From positions 1 to 32,511 of the forward strand of contig LPNZ01009474.1 in NCBI GenBank assembly GCA_001655205.1: a stretch of DNA of 32,511 nucleotides. Reading direction: 5' to 3'. Numbering within the stretch: position 1 is the stretch's first letter; each line of letters begins with the position of its first letter. The DNA comes from Lenisia limosa. Taxonomy: Eukaryota > Protista > Breviatea. A model generated the notes under the pieces. That model did not search any database. It was not told where the DNA came from and was given only the letters and a program-made list of their open reading frames with translations. Of this stretch, positions 1-12,284 are shown one piece after another. The translations under genes and the position numbers were made by a program.

Positions 1-87
1 GGGGGGCTTCTTTACTCCTTTTTGCTTTTAAACTGTTATAAGTACTTATTGTGGCTTTGTGGCTGACTTGGTGCTGACTTGTGGAAA

Positions 88-644
88 ATGATTGAAATCT
101 ACTGTAACGATCGACTGGGAAAGAAAGTTCGTGTTAAATGCGAGTAGGTTTTTGGAAAATCACGTTTTTCTCTAACTGTTGCAGGCCTTCCGGTATGACA
201 AGCCTGTAATTTGTGTAGTTATTTTGATAATTAGTGGTTGGGGACTTTTTGGTTACTTTNNNNNNNNNNNNNNNNNNNNNNNNNNNNNNNNNNNNNNNNN
301 NNNNNNNNNNNNNNNNNNNNNNNNNNNNNNNNNNNNNNNNNNNNNNNNNNNNNNNNNNNNNNNNNNNNNNNNNNNNNNNNNNNNNNNNNNNNNNNNNNNN
401 NNNNNNNNNNNNNTTTCTTCGTTCCATGTTATCTTTAGGGTACCCGCCCTGAGAAGATTCGTCTTCAAAAATGGTATAACGTTTTTGCTGACCGTGGGTT
501 ACCACTCACCCTTCTTTGAATTCAATATGTAGATATCACCCTTGACGATTATGAAATTAAAGATGGAATGTCTCTTGGTAAGAGGAAATATTTTCATAGT
601 CATATTACAATGAGTCTGATTTTCCAGAGCTCTACTACAATTAA
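88..644 (+). CDS. UBL5: Ubiquitin-like protein 5 / Hub1 (spliced; one exon presumably inside the N-gap 260-413)
   Basis: Exons 88-143, 185-192, [gap], 439-493, 533-577 and 628-644 give MIEIYCNDRLGKKVRVKCEPS(D)...[38 protein letters not shown], matching the very conserved Hub1/UBL5 sequence; all visible junctions are GT-AG. Confidence 0.96.
260..413. other. Assembly gap (N run) inside UBL5
   Basis: N run; the missing conserved peptide (about DTIGDLKKLIAAQT) should lie here. Confidence 0.95.
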
Positions 645-829
645 CTGTCTGTCCTTCAGCCTCAATAAATTTTCGTGTTAATGATGATGCATATCAGTAG
701 AAAGAATCAGATTTTGGTTGCAAGATTAGAACAGTAACTATGATATTTTGATTTTTTTGACCGCGTCACCTCATGAGAAAAACGGAAACAAATTTTATCA
801 CACAAAAGATTACAGAAACAAACGAACCC

Positions 830-2755
830 CTAAGTAAAATCTCTCCCCTTCAGAACTGAGGGGGCGATAAGAGACCACACAAACATGAGCATCACAAGCC
901 ATACTGAAGCCATGTTGACCCAAAATGAGGTCCAGCCAACATCAACTCTCATCCTAGAGAATAATATGAAACAAACCATACTCGTCTTTTTCATCAGGCT
1001 CATCAGCAACACCACCCCATTTTGTGAAGATCATTGCGATATAACAGCAACCCTGATCGATTAACTGAAACAATACTTCCATACCAGTCCAAAAATAAGA
1101 TGGAAGTACCAATTGGAGGCATTTCCCTTCTTTTTCTTCTCTTCTTCGGTCAAATTCTAATAATGTCAAAACAAAATTTAAATCGCTTTGGTGGTGCCAG
1201 AGAATAGAGAAAGCTCACAAAATCTAGGGCGTTCCTTCCACCTTCTGCAGCTCTCATAGCTTTCCACGTCACAGAGAAAATGGCAATCGTCATTCCCTAG
1301 AAAAAAAATAAACTCTGGAAAATAATGGCAAGAAAAACAATTGATAAGTGCCTTAGATTGACAGTTTCAATACACTTGCTCTGATTATTTTTCGTTTTGG
1401 GATCTTGACAATATTGAAATCACATTGACTCAAAACTACCTACCATAAGAAGTTGCCACATTGCGTTCGTGTCCCCACCTGAGACTATAGAAAGTGAATA
1501 ATAATGATCTCATTTCAGAAGACATCTGGTGATTGAAACCAGACAATAATGAAGCGAAAAATCGAAATGTGATCCAAGGATTCACCAAATGTATACAGCA
1601 GGTTTGTCAGACCAAAATCACTGATCTTAAAAAAATATATATGATATACTATGTAGATAGAGTATAAAAAAAATGCCTATGTAGATTTGAGTGTTATCTA
1701 TTGTAAAACGTACCACTGTTGCAAGACATATCAGCATCATTGGGCTGAGCAAGCATTGCTGACCAAGACGTCTGACACGTGAAGAAGAACACCATTCCAC
1801 TGGAAAGAAGTGCTCCATGTTCAACCTAAACATGAGAGGTTTCAAAAAAAGATCAAACTGCGATCCAACACAAACGATTAGTGCGAGAAGCGTAAAGGCA
1901 GCTCCTGCTCCAATGTTGAGGAAAACAATCACAGAGTTGAGAAGACATCCAAATCCGTCTGTAAACCAGCGCTATTGTGGTCAGGAATTATTTGTACATC
2001 TTTTTGCTACCAACTCACATATAAGAGGTAGGAGAGAACTAACCCGGCTAAATAGAGCACAAATGAAACTGCCAAAATCAATTTATACCTTGAGAAGTAA
2101 GTAACATTATTTTGATAATAGATTCATACCACTCCTTTTCCACCCATTTTTCATTTAAACTATAAGCAAATTCAACTAAAAGAAGAAGCTGATTTGGTTA
2201 GCAAAGTCTATTAGACCGCGGTGAAACCCAACCTGAAGAACAATGAAAACTCCTGCACAAAATATGGCCACCCAGAAGTACTTGTCAAAGAATGCGTTTG
2301 AAATGAAAAAAGTAATAACACAGAGGATTCCCAAGAGTATTGCCTGAAGAAGATCAGTATAATCGACAATCGACAACAAACCTTAAGTATCCATAACCCA
2401 TCTGCCGCATCCGGGGAAATCTAAAAGTGTCACACATTCACGCCATTCGGAGGATCAAATTCGGCTCAAAAACTCCTACTTACTGCAGTAATAACGGATA
2501 GAACAAGGAAGAATACAGTTCCAGCAAAAGTCAATCTATACACAAGTGCCTTTTCATGGCAAGATGAGGCAGCACAGTCTCCATTATCATAAATAGCTGG
2601 ATTAGTTAATGCAGAACAGAGAGCAGCCTCCTAAAAACAATCTCACCTCCATGCTCAACCAGAACATCTGGCTTTGTTACCCTCAAAAAGAGAGTAGCAG
2701 CAGTTAAAATAGCAAAAAGGATACAGTATCCCACTTTCGAGGACAACGTTCCCAT
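830..2755 (-). CDS. Serine incorporator (SERINC/TMS1/TDE family) membrane protein
   Basis: Spliced translation contains family motifs: MGTLSSKVGYCILFAIL, C..ALVYRLTFAGTVFF, FIVLQLLLLVEFAYSLNEKW, GCLLNSVIVF, HGALLSSGMVFFFTCQTSWSAMLAQP, YIAMIFTKWG and the C-terminal GWTSFWVNMASVWLVMLMFVWSLIAPSVLKGRDFT*. An in-frame upstream ATG at 2907 is possible through an intron spanning roughly 2769-2826. Confidence 0.9.
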
Positions 2756-3266
2756 TGTGGTCCGAAAACTGAAAATGTATGTTTGATTTGACCCTATGCG
2801 ATGGATTTTTCTTTATGATGGATTCACTGCAGTATAATGATGATTTCCCTCAGCACTCTCGGGTTTGCGGTTCGGGGTTGGAGTCTTGGAGTGTGGGAGT
2901 CTTTCATGGGGTAGAATACCTAAATAACGGCGGCCGCGGTCAACAAACCCAATACCAATTTGAAGCAAGTCACCACAAGCTGCCAGCAAGCTCAGCATTC
3001 ACTCAGCAATTATCATCGAATTGATTGAAGTAACAAGAGCTTCATTTCTTCATTTATAACACCATCATTGTTAGCCCTCCAACTCATAACTCATTCCACA
3101 TTTGGTAACCCTTTCACTCAACCACCGATAATATAAACATAAGATGCCCCCATGGTCTCTTGCACAGGTATGGGTCTTTTGATATTTTTTGGATGAGTGT
3201 TACTTCATGACATTTCATACGTCTCCCAAATTTGGACCAATGTAATTTCATGACCCCCCCCCCCCC

Positions 3267-3382
3267 NNNNNNNNNNNNNNNNNNNNNNNNNNNNNNNNNN
3301 NNNNNNNNNNNNNNNNNNNNNNNNNNNNNNNNNNNNNNNNNNNNNNNNNNNNNNNNNNNNNNNNNNNNNNNNNNNNNNNNNN
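3267..3382. other. Assembly gap preceded by C13
   Basis: N run directly after poly-C at 3254-3266. Confidence 0.95.
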
Positions 3383-3911
3383 AAAAAGTTAGCTCCTTCT
3401 TACCTTTTTTTAAAATGGGATAATTCTTTTCTCGACTAATTTGAGCATTTTTCAAGGGAGAAACCCAATACAAAAATATTGTTAAAATTTAGACTTTGCT
3501 AAATGGTATCAGAAAAATCTGTGAAAATGCCCTTGGCATGGCTATTGTTTTACCATAATAATAAAAAGTAGAAACAAATATTTAGCAAAGTTAAAAATGT
3601 TAGCAATCTAGTTCCAAACCATTCACCCTGAATAGGATTAAAATACGCGGAAAAAATCATCGGCCAAAGCCAACAAGTATCTCTTTTCCAGACTTAGGGA
3701 ACTTTCTGGTACAAAAAATGTTATGTAAATTTCCGCAGGAAAATTCAAGAAAATTTAATTTTTTTTAAGCATCCACTCAAGGAGGACTTAAAAGTTCGTA
3801 AATTCACGTCAAATTTGTGGGAACCAGAACACGAACTTCAACAATTTTACATATTGTTACTTAAAATTTGTGTTAGTGAAAATACACTAATGTTTGGTCC
3901 TCACACTGAAG

Positions 3912-6207
3912 GTTTACAAACCAAGGAAGGCTGTTCTTATTGCAGGAAAGCGAACGCCTTTCTGTCGTTCTTTTGGAAATGCTCTTGAGGTTGGAATTAT
4001 TGAAGCTTCATTGTATTTGTAGCTCACTGCAGTGGATTTGGGAGTTTCAGCTGTTGGGGGCTTACTTGCTGACACAAAACTCGACCCAAATTGCATTGAT
4101 GACATTTACTGGGGAAATGTCGTTTATCAACCAGGTAAAAGGGAATAAAAAACTCTGTATTTACAGTTACCAATTGATGAGTTCACAAACCAATAAAACC
4201 TGTAACCAACAGACGCTCACAACATTGCTCGTGAAATTGCTTTTGACTTAAAGTTGCCTTCATCTGTACCCGGAATGACAGTGTCACGAGCATGTACGTC
4301 GAGTCTTCAAACAGTGATTTTGGTAAATATTTTCCTTCCACTCAGAGTTAGGCTTGTCATACAATTGAGTCAGGCGATGCTGATGTTATTATTGCAGGAG
4401 GGTCAGACTCCACGTCAAACTGTGAGGGTGTTACCTTGCCATTTTCGATTATGAAATAGAATATCATTGATTTGAGAGAAAATAATAACAAATGGATATC
4501 GACATTTCAGCTGCAATACCACTTTCACGGAAAGCAAGTCAAGCTCTTGTTCGATGGCAGTATCAGAAAAAAGGTGCTTTTTCCAAAGTTCCAGCTCTCA
4601 TCTCGGTAAAAATTTCCTGTTTGGTAATTCTGTAGGAAGGTGGAGGTATGACGGGCTGGATTCCTCAACCTGCCTCAGTGACCGAAAGACAAACAGGAAA
4701 GGTTTTTCGTTATTTCATATATCATATGTGACTTTCACAGACAATGGGATATCATGCTGATGTTATGTCAAAAATCAACAATGTTTCAAGAAAAGAACAG
4801 GTTTGACAGCAATAATAATATTCCACTTACTTTTTTATATTTTAAATCAATTGTATATCATATGATATCATATTATTTACACGTGGTTCAGGAATTACAA
4901 ATTGGATTCTCGAAAACAGTTTATAGTAGTTTTGTTATTTGTTTTCTTATCTCATATTTTATAGGAATCATTTGCGATGGAAAGTCACCAAAAAGCCTTA
5001 CAAGCTTCACACGATGGCGTATTTGGTAAGCATTTAAACTACTAACTATTTGAGATGCTGAAATTGTTGCTATCAAAGGAAAACGGAAAACAATCACCTG
5101 CGATGATAATATTCGTTCCAAAATTGACCCCAAAAAGGTAAGTAGTGTAACTTGACATTACATCTCAGCTTGAAAGCCTGAAACCTTGCTTTAAAAAGGG
5201 AGGAAGTGTAAGTTGTACATTGAAACTTTATGCACAAGGTGACAGCAGCTACTTCTAGTCCGCTTACAGATGGAGCATCATGCATCTTGGTATGCTATTC
5301 CAACATTGACTCTTTAGGTGATGTCTGAGGAAAAAGCTCGAAGTCTTGGCTATCCTGTTGACTGCTGGATTCGCTCATCTGCTGTGACCGCTGTCGACCC
5401 ATTCCCTCAGGTACATATTCATGGCATACGTCTTATATTTTAGCTTCTGAATGCTCCAACTATTGCAATCCCTAAAGCATTAAGCAGAGCAGGGCTTTCC
5501 ATAGAAGAAATTGACTTAGTGAGATAACTTGAGATTAACCAGTAGTTCGAAATCCACGAGGCTTTTGCTGGACAAGTACTCTCAACTATCAAAATGCTTG
5601 AGTCTCAGGTTTGCCAATTTGTGATTCATAATAGAATTAGACATTTGCCAAAGAGCACCTCAATCAGCTTGATGCAGTTGGAGTTATTCCAAGAGAAAAA
5701 GTCAATCCTTCAGTAAGAAGGTTTTATAAAATGTCTTTTTTGGAAGTGTTTCCAACACATAGAATTACATACGATTACACATGACTGTCCCATCTTTAAA
5801 TATAATGTGTGGTACGTGTTATAAAATAATGTCAAATTAGCATTTAGGGATCAAGTATTGCAATTGGACATCCCTTTGCTGCAACAGGAGGAAGACTCTG
5901 TTAGTTGGGTAGCTGATATGTGCAGTGATAATTCTCGGTATTTTATTTAATTCCAAACTATATTAAAGCAAGATCTTAAGAGAATAGCGATATTGTGTTT
6001 AGAAAATTAAATCCAAATGATTCAAATAAACAGCATTATTTCTAATTTGATCAGGTATGACGGCCATGAATAATTTGAGGAAGTCAAACAAGAGGTAGTA
6101 AGGCAGTTTTTCCTTCATTGTGACCGTTTAGATTTGCTCTTCTCTCATTATGTGCTGCTGGAGGAATGGGACTTGTTGCCATTATTGAGCATGATTCAAA
6201 GCAATAA
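3912..6207 (+). CDS. 3-ketoacyl-CoA thiolase, FadI / trifunctional-enzyme beta (HADHB)-type; first exon and start codon not resolved (upstream of 3912)
   Basis: Spliced peptides VLIAGKRTPFCRSF, DAHNIAREI, TVSRACTSS (catalytic Cys), IIAGGSDS, SPLTDGAS, EIHEAFAGQ, AIGHPFAATGGRL (catalytic His) and LCAAGGMG (second Cys), ending EHDSKQ*. The HEAF and GHPFAATG/CAAGG motifs indicate the FadI/HADHB subgroup. Confidence 0.93.
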
Positions 6208-6340
6208 TCCCAGCTATCTTTCCCAAAAGTATACACAGCAAAAATGCATCAATCTGTTCACATAACATTATTGACAAGTCCATCTTTTCAGAAGTCAAAT
6301 CCCATTTAATGTGACTGAATTTTTCATACCACTTAATTTA

Positions 6341-8067
6341 TTAATCGGGAACTTCTCTTGTCGGTGACAAATTATACACCCATATTCCTGGAAGATCAAG
6401 AAAGAAACAAAACAAAGAGTAGTAATTATAATTACACAGACAGACAAAATGTCCCTTCGTGGTGGATAAAAGAGACCTATTCTTCCTTATCCCTCCCTTT
6501 TGCTTGACATAAAAAAAATTTTCAGTTGCTACGCCAGTGTTGAAGTGTTGATATCTTCTGTTCATGTCCCACCCCTCTCCCCCCTTATATTCAAATATAA
6601 ACTCAGTTCTTTAATATGTAGCAATATATACATATTACATGTCAGTGGATTCTTGCGATCCTAAACTCCATCACCAATCGCTTACCTCCCAAAATAGTGG
6701 TAAATGCGACTCCAAACACTGGTGACGGCTACGAGGTAAGTAATTTATCATCAAAAAAATTTTCGCAAATAAAGACAAAGGAAGCAAGGATGCATGGGGA
6801 GAAGCGTAAGCAGATTGAGGATAACCTGACCAATATTGGTTGCTTTCTCTCTACTCGTAGAGGACTGTGTACAATACAAACCAGCTAGATCCAAAGACAA
6901 AATTATCCCTTCTGAAGAATTTTTTCTTGTGACACATACCATATAGTTGAACAAGAGAATGCCAGCTGCAAGGCCATACGCATCGGAAGTTAAAACACTC
7001 AAGTTCATCATGGTAGCTGATGATCGACTTATGAGGGATGGCACCTTGCGGTCAGAAAATCAGAAACAAGAACCTTACTTACTATCCAACAAACCAAGGT
7101 GTAAAAGCTAAAAAGACAAGCTGTGAAAAGAAACATGAGTGCAAAAACTTCCCATGAGTAATGGATACTTCGTAATTCCGAGAACTCGAATAAAGTACTG
7201 GAAAAGGTTAATACCAATTCAAAAACCAAGAGATCTCACAATTGAATAAGGTTGATAGGAACTGAATAGAAGGCAAGACCCGAAAGAAATTCCTAAATTG
7301 GGTCATGTTACAGTTGAAGTAGTTTCAAACCTTGCGGGAGCTATGTCTTAGAATGTACTCCTGACCGACATTGCTGACCGCGTACAGCATTGAGCCAAAT
7401 AAGCAGAGCACATCACCTATGAAACTATCTTGCCCAGAAGAACCTTTCACAGAGAGATCCGCATAAACCAATGCGGCTAATCCAGTCAAGCATACTGCTA
7501 TTCCTAGATAGTGTTGTATATGATATTGGGCCCCTAAAAAGATCCGCGAGAGAAGCTTGGAGGTAAATTGAGACTGATACTTACAATGACACACGGCAGA
7601 GTACAGCAGTCAAGAAGCATGACTGATGCTATGGATGTGTATTGATATGCTGTCACAACTAAAAAGTTGGCTTCCCTGTTGAGTTAATGGTGGTCATTGA
7701 AACCACTTACACATCAGCAAGAGCCACCAAAGGAACCAGCCAATTGAAAGTCATTGAAGGACCAGTGGAAAGAAGGCCTTGCTTCTCAGATCCACATTGG
7801 CGGTAAAGAGATCTTTTTAGCCTTCCTTTCACTGCTTGTGGAATCGTGAAGCATACAAACAGAAGAAAATAATTCAAAAACGTTTGTGCTGAAGGAACAG
7901 CCACATTGAACCTGAATGAAATAAGACAACCAATTAGAATGCAGCAAATAGTTCAAAAAATGACACACTTCAAACCATTGTACAAGTCCTTGTGATGAAA
8001 TGCCTGTTCCAGTGATAATGAGGGAAAGAATTTGTCCAAAAAGAACGGTCTGAAGTCTTCCCCACAT
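6341..8067 (-). CDS. SLC35F1/F2-like (DUF914) drug/metabolite transporter
   Basis: Spliced peptides LFGQILSLIITGTGISSQ, PSAQTFLNYFLL, EANFLVVTAYQYTSIASVMLLDCCTLPCV, GDVLCLFGSMLYAVSNVGQE, SSATMMNLSVLTSDAYG, YMPSPVFGVAFTTILGGIWVYNLSPTREVPD* follow the SLC35F pattern. Confidence 0.9.
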
Positions 8068-8676
8068 TCTGAGTCAACTACGTTTGGTCAAGTGAACCCG
8101 CTTAGTTGTTGAGTTGGTGGGGGAAATAGGGAGGTACTAATATTGAATATACTGCAATGAAGAAATTGCAATAAGTATATTGTACTTATAACCCAAGGAG
8201 TTCAGTCTCATGTATTAATAGCTACTTTATCCCCCTGAAAATTTTCCATGATATGTATTACTATTTCCTTGTAGATATGCTAGGGAGGCACGCAAAAAGC
8301 TGTGTACACTGAATTGTAAAACAAAAATGATTGGGTGAATTAATAATATTCTATAATCCAATATCTCTTATCGATATGAAGCATACCACTATGACTTCAA
8401 ACGCGCTCTCTCTGTGGGCCTTGTTGACACCTTGACAACATCTAACCACAGCCAACACAACAACAACCCCCACTCCACTACTGCAGCAAGAGTGAGACAG
8501 GCAGACAGGCAAAACCACGGTGCAAAGCAAGGCAAAAGGGCAGCGTTGATGGTTGATTGAACTTTGAACTTTAATGCATCAATAATCTGGGGGTATGTTC
8601 ACCCTAGAAACAAGTCTCCGATTGTGCATGTTATAGACTCTGTGAGGACTACCTGGGCGGCGGGGGGGGGGGGGGG

Positions 8677-8800
8677 NNNNNNNNNNNNNNNNNNNNNNNN
8701 NNNNNNNNNNNNNNNNNNNNNNNNNNNNNNNNNNNNNNNNNNNNNNNNNNNNNNNNNNNNNNNNNNNNNNNNNNNNNNNNNNNNNNNNNNNNNNNNNNNN
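8677..8800. other. Assembly gap preceded by G15
   Basis: N run directly after poly-G at 8662-8676. Confidence 0.95.
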
Positions 8801-8904
8801 CAGTGCCAGCCGCTATCCTTATATCATTCATTCTTCATTCATTATTCCATCAATCTTCTTAATTTCTTCCTCCTGTCATTGTCTTTCTCATTGAGTCTTG
8901 TTCA

Positions 8905-11900
8905 TTGAGGCAGTGCCACACGTGTCCCCCACGTCTCCCCAGTTCCTATTCAACTATTCCCTTGCCACAGCCAGGCCAAAGCCTCTCTGCAGAACTTGTA
9001 ATGAACACAACGGGGCCTCCAAGGCATTCCGCTGACCTTAGGCAAAGATCTATTGGGAATAACATAAATATTCCCAAGATCACACCTCCAACAAGCAGTC
9101 ACCGCCCTTCTCCGCTTCAAAAAATGTCTTCTTCAACAAGCCAGGTCCTGCAAAAGTCTACTTCAAGCGCCTCTATCTCCTCAGTTGCTTCAACCAAGGA
9201 TGAATCCCTGTTAAAAAGTTCACAAACATTTTCTTCCCCAGTTTTACCAAATGAGCATCTTCTAAATAAGCAAATGAACAAGCCCCTCTTTGAGCCTATG
9301 GTCTGTTGGGTGTTTTTGGTTGACCTTCTAGGGGCTTCAAAGAGCGCAAAGCTTGCAAAGCGCTGATGGCTTCCATCGTGTCCAGGGTAGTCTTGATGGA
9401 ACCAGAAGCCAGATCCTCAATGCCCCTCTAATCTTTGTTTGTCTACTTGAGAGTTTTACTTTTTTAGTCAGGAGAGCTTGTTAAGATGGAAAAAGGCTTT
9501 TTCAAGACGAAGTGGAAGAAGGTATTTGATTGTGCATTTTGTGGTTTTTACAGTGAGTTAAATAAGGATTGGCAAAAAGATTATTTGTAATTTTTCACAA
9601 AATATGTCTTTTTCAATGTGAATTACAAAGTAAGTTGGGTTCGCTAAAAAATTGGTGTATTTTGATCCATTTTGTGGCTTTACCCAATTGAACATGCCCC
9701 ACTACTTGATGACAAACACCGTGAAAAGCAGCAAACTACTTATTTTGAAATCCCCTCAATGGGGGAGGGCTAACTTAAGTACAAGAATTTTCATCATTTT
9801 GATGTTGTATACATACTTATTTTTCATGGTATTACAAATGGTATATTTTTATTTCGTTAAAAACACATCATAAAAGTATACATTTTTAATTTTATGCGAA
9901 AATAGAATAAAATTTATTTTAAATTCCAATAAATTGACACACTTTCCAGGAAATAGACCCAATTGCAACTAGTTATAAGGAAAATCTTCTCCCCGTGCAA
10001 CTCACTGTCTATCAATAATTAGTATTATTTCGGGAGTTAAAAAGGGGGGGGGGGGGNNNNNNNNNNNNNNNNNNNNNNNNNNNNNNNNNNNNNNNNNNNN
10101 NNNNNNNNNNNNNNNNNNNNNNNNNNNNNNNNNNNNNNNNNNNNNNNNNTGTACTATCATATGATATATTGCCAAAATTCTGGTTTTTCGGTAATTTTTT
10201 TTTGCTTTGAATATTGGAGTATTGATATAATATATGCCTTTTTTCAAAGGGTTCAAAATATAATAAATAGAAGGTAAAGCGGGACTAATGTTCAGGTCAT
10301 TTACTCTTAATGACTCAAGAAAACTAAAATGTTACTTCTATTTACTCTCTTTTTCTTCACACTAATTCTACATGAATACAATACAAAACCAGAATTTTCA
10401 AACTGATACGTGCTGGAATAGTAGACAAACATCTGGTAAGTCTTGACCGACAGAATAAGGTTTCTCTTTAGGAAAATCGGATATGAATTTCCACAGGCAG
10501 TGTATTAGTATGATTTATAATAATCATATGAATTTTTAGTTAGACGCCCTTTGAAAAGTCTATTTGTTGATTAATAAAATTTTTTAAAAGACATATTACT
10601 GGATAATAATACATATAGCTATATGATATTATTTAATATCTATATTTAAATCTCAACATTAGTTTATTTTTTTTAAGATGTGACAATCTAGGTTAGGGTA
10701 AAACTGTTTCCTGACGACCTCATTTGGAACATGGATGGCAAGTTATCTAATATTGCTCTTTTCGAAGGGTTTGCTTACTTTTTGTTTGTTGATTGTTTCA
10801 GGGAGGTCATAATCTCTGAAAGTGAATTGCCTTTAAGAGTGTCGGAAAAGGACCCGAGAGTATGTAAATATGATCTCAATGATAGATACTGATACACACG
10901 GAATGAACTGTCATATTATCATTGTTCATTGGACATATCACACGGTTTCATGGGATGATATGGTACATTTCATTATGAAGTTGTTTTTTTTTTTTATCAA
11001 ATTTACAATTTAGATGACCGGATTTCAAATTGTGACACCAACTGATACAGTAGAGTTTAGTGTGAGCGGGCCTGCCGTTAATATTAAAAACCTGCAATTG
11101 ATATTTTGACTCACCAATATTGAAGAAAAATTACCAGGATAAAATACAAAAAGTATATACCACTACTTATAGTACACGAATGAGTATGAGGTTATGGATA
11201 TGATATGCATACATACGCATAAAGGTACGTCACCTGACCGTGAACACTAACCTGACTGTGAATAACCTGGCCGTGAACATCGGACTTATTTTTTTTTGTT
11301 TATTTCATCATAATTGCGATATATATATGATATCCAAAAATTGCCCAAATTTATTTAAAAATGGCTGTTAAATAAGAGAAGAAAATTTCTTGGGAAAATA
11401 AAACACACAAAAAAATCACTGAACTGAACTGAACTGAACTTATTCCATTTATGTCGACTCGATCTAGATTTTTCTTTTGAAAAAACGTTGGGAGTGGTGG
11501 AATTGGCTAACGCAAATGTTTTCCCTTCAACCCCTGGTTCAACAAAACTTGGTTCTCTTTTGTTTTGTTATCCAATGATAATTTGAAATAGTTTTTAGAA
11601 TACTGGAAAGGTAATTGTCAAAAGAGGCTTTTCTTCTAACCAGATACTGTTTTGAGCGAATTTTTTTTGATAGGTTTGGAACTCTTGGTGACACCTCGAA
11701 GAAAAATTTGTATTTAGTTGAACACAAACCCCAGAAAACTGGAGTCTCTGGATCTAGAAGGTTCAGATGAGTCTGTTTCGTTGAAATTTTGTACCGATTT
11801 ACAGCCAATCGAAACAAAAAATTATACTTTTTCATATTTCTCTACGACGAATCAGCAGTATTAGGCATGACATTGATGTACAGCAACTAACTGTAGACTT

Positions 11901-12191
11901 TTGACGAACCATAAGGAGGTGTTAACAATTGTCTGGATTGGCGTCATGCTTTAATGAGCAACATTCATTCACTTTCACCACATTGTATACCACGTGATAT
12001 GAATACTAACTCAATCATTTTGCCTTACCATTTTTTTTTTAATAAAGTTGTTTGTATGACACTTTCAGGCTTCAACCGAGGCTGATCGAGCTTGTTGGAT
12101 GAAAGCCATCAAAAACCGATTTCAGCTCTTTAGAAGAGCCATCAGCAAAGGTATCATTATTCCGCCCGATGCTGATTCAAACCAACTCTAA
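8905..12191 (+). CDS. Protein with a Ser/Pro-rich disordered region and a C-terminal PH domain; 5' end unresolved (probably extends across gap 8677-8800 to about 8366-8390)
   Basis: ORF 8905-9300, then exons 9332-9436, 9468-9521, 10692-10768, 10802-10859, 11014-11061 and 12069-12191 join in frame to give IFSGELVKMEKGFFKTKWKKVRVKLFPDDLIW...TGFQIVTPTDTVEFSASTEADRACWMKAIKNRF...*, a recognisable PH fold with the conserved C-terminal helix Trp. Confidence 0.75.
10057..10149. other. Assembly gap preceded by G13 (PH-gene intron)
   Basis: N run directly after poly-G at 10044-10056. Confidence 0.95.
11233..11280. repeat. Imperfect tandem repeat (CCTGRCYGTGAAYA, 3 units) in the 1-kb intron of the PH gene
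   Basis: cctgaccgtgaacactaa / cctgactgtgaataa / cctggccgtgaacat read directly from the sequence. Confidence 0.75.
11418..11440. repeat. (ACTGA)n microsatellite, about 4.6 units
   Basis: actgaactgaactgaactgaact. Confidence 0.85.
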
Positions 12192-12284
12192 TTCTGTTTC
12201 CAATGTTCTACTGTTTCCTGTTTCCTATTTATTTAGTCTTTGAATTTGAAAAACCCTTGACAGAACACCATATCAAACAAAACT

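Noticed and set aside
224-259. VVGDFLVT as the missing UBL5 exon
   Set aside because: It is one residue short and lacks the conserved LKK; the true exon more likely lies in the gap.
134-532. ORFs spanning N-gaps (134-505, 179-532, 3114-3473, 8564-8908, 10002-10256, 13441-13902 and similar)
   Set aside because: Artefacts of N runs lacking stop codons.
3493-3591. 12-bp inverted repeat ACTTTGCTAAAT/ATTTAGCAAAGT as a MITE or hairpin
   Set aside because: No target-site duplication, no second copy, and a match of this length is plausible by chance in AT-rich DNA.
8909-9030. CHTC plus KPLCRTCNEH resembling a B-box zinc finger
   Set aside because: The two halves are in different frames, and the spliced version hits a stop before the PH-linked frame.
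9330-9460. Minus-strand peptide RGIEDLASGSIKTTLDTMEAISALQALRSLKPLE
   Set aside because: It is antisense to the plus-strand exons that lead in frame into the PH domain; no coherent minus-strand model.
10241-10557. 11-bp inverted repeat TTTTCAAAGGG/CCCTTTGAAAA in the long intron
   Set aside because: Does not extend and has no TSD; compatible with chance.
11897-12000. TFDEP*GGVNNCLDWRHALMSNI as the PH C-terminal helix with TAA read-through (alternative genetic code)
   Set aside because: TAA and TAG terminate UBL5, thiolase, AATF and others at expected positions, and a better helix exon exists at 12069-12191.
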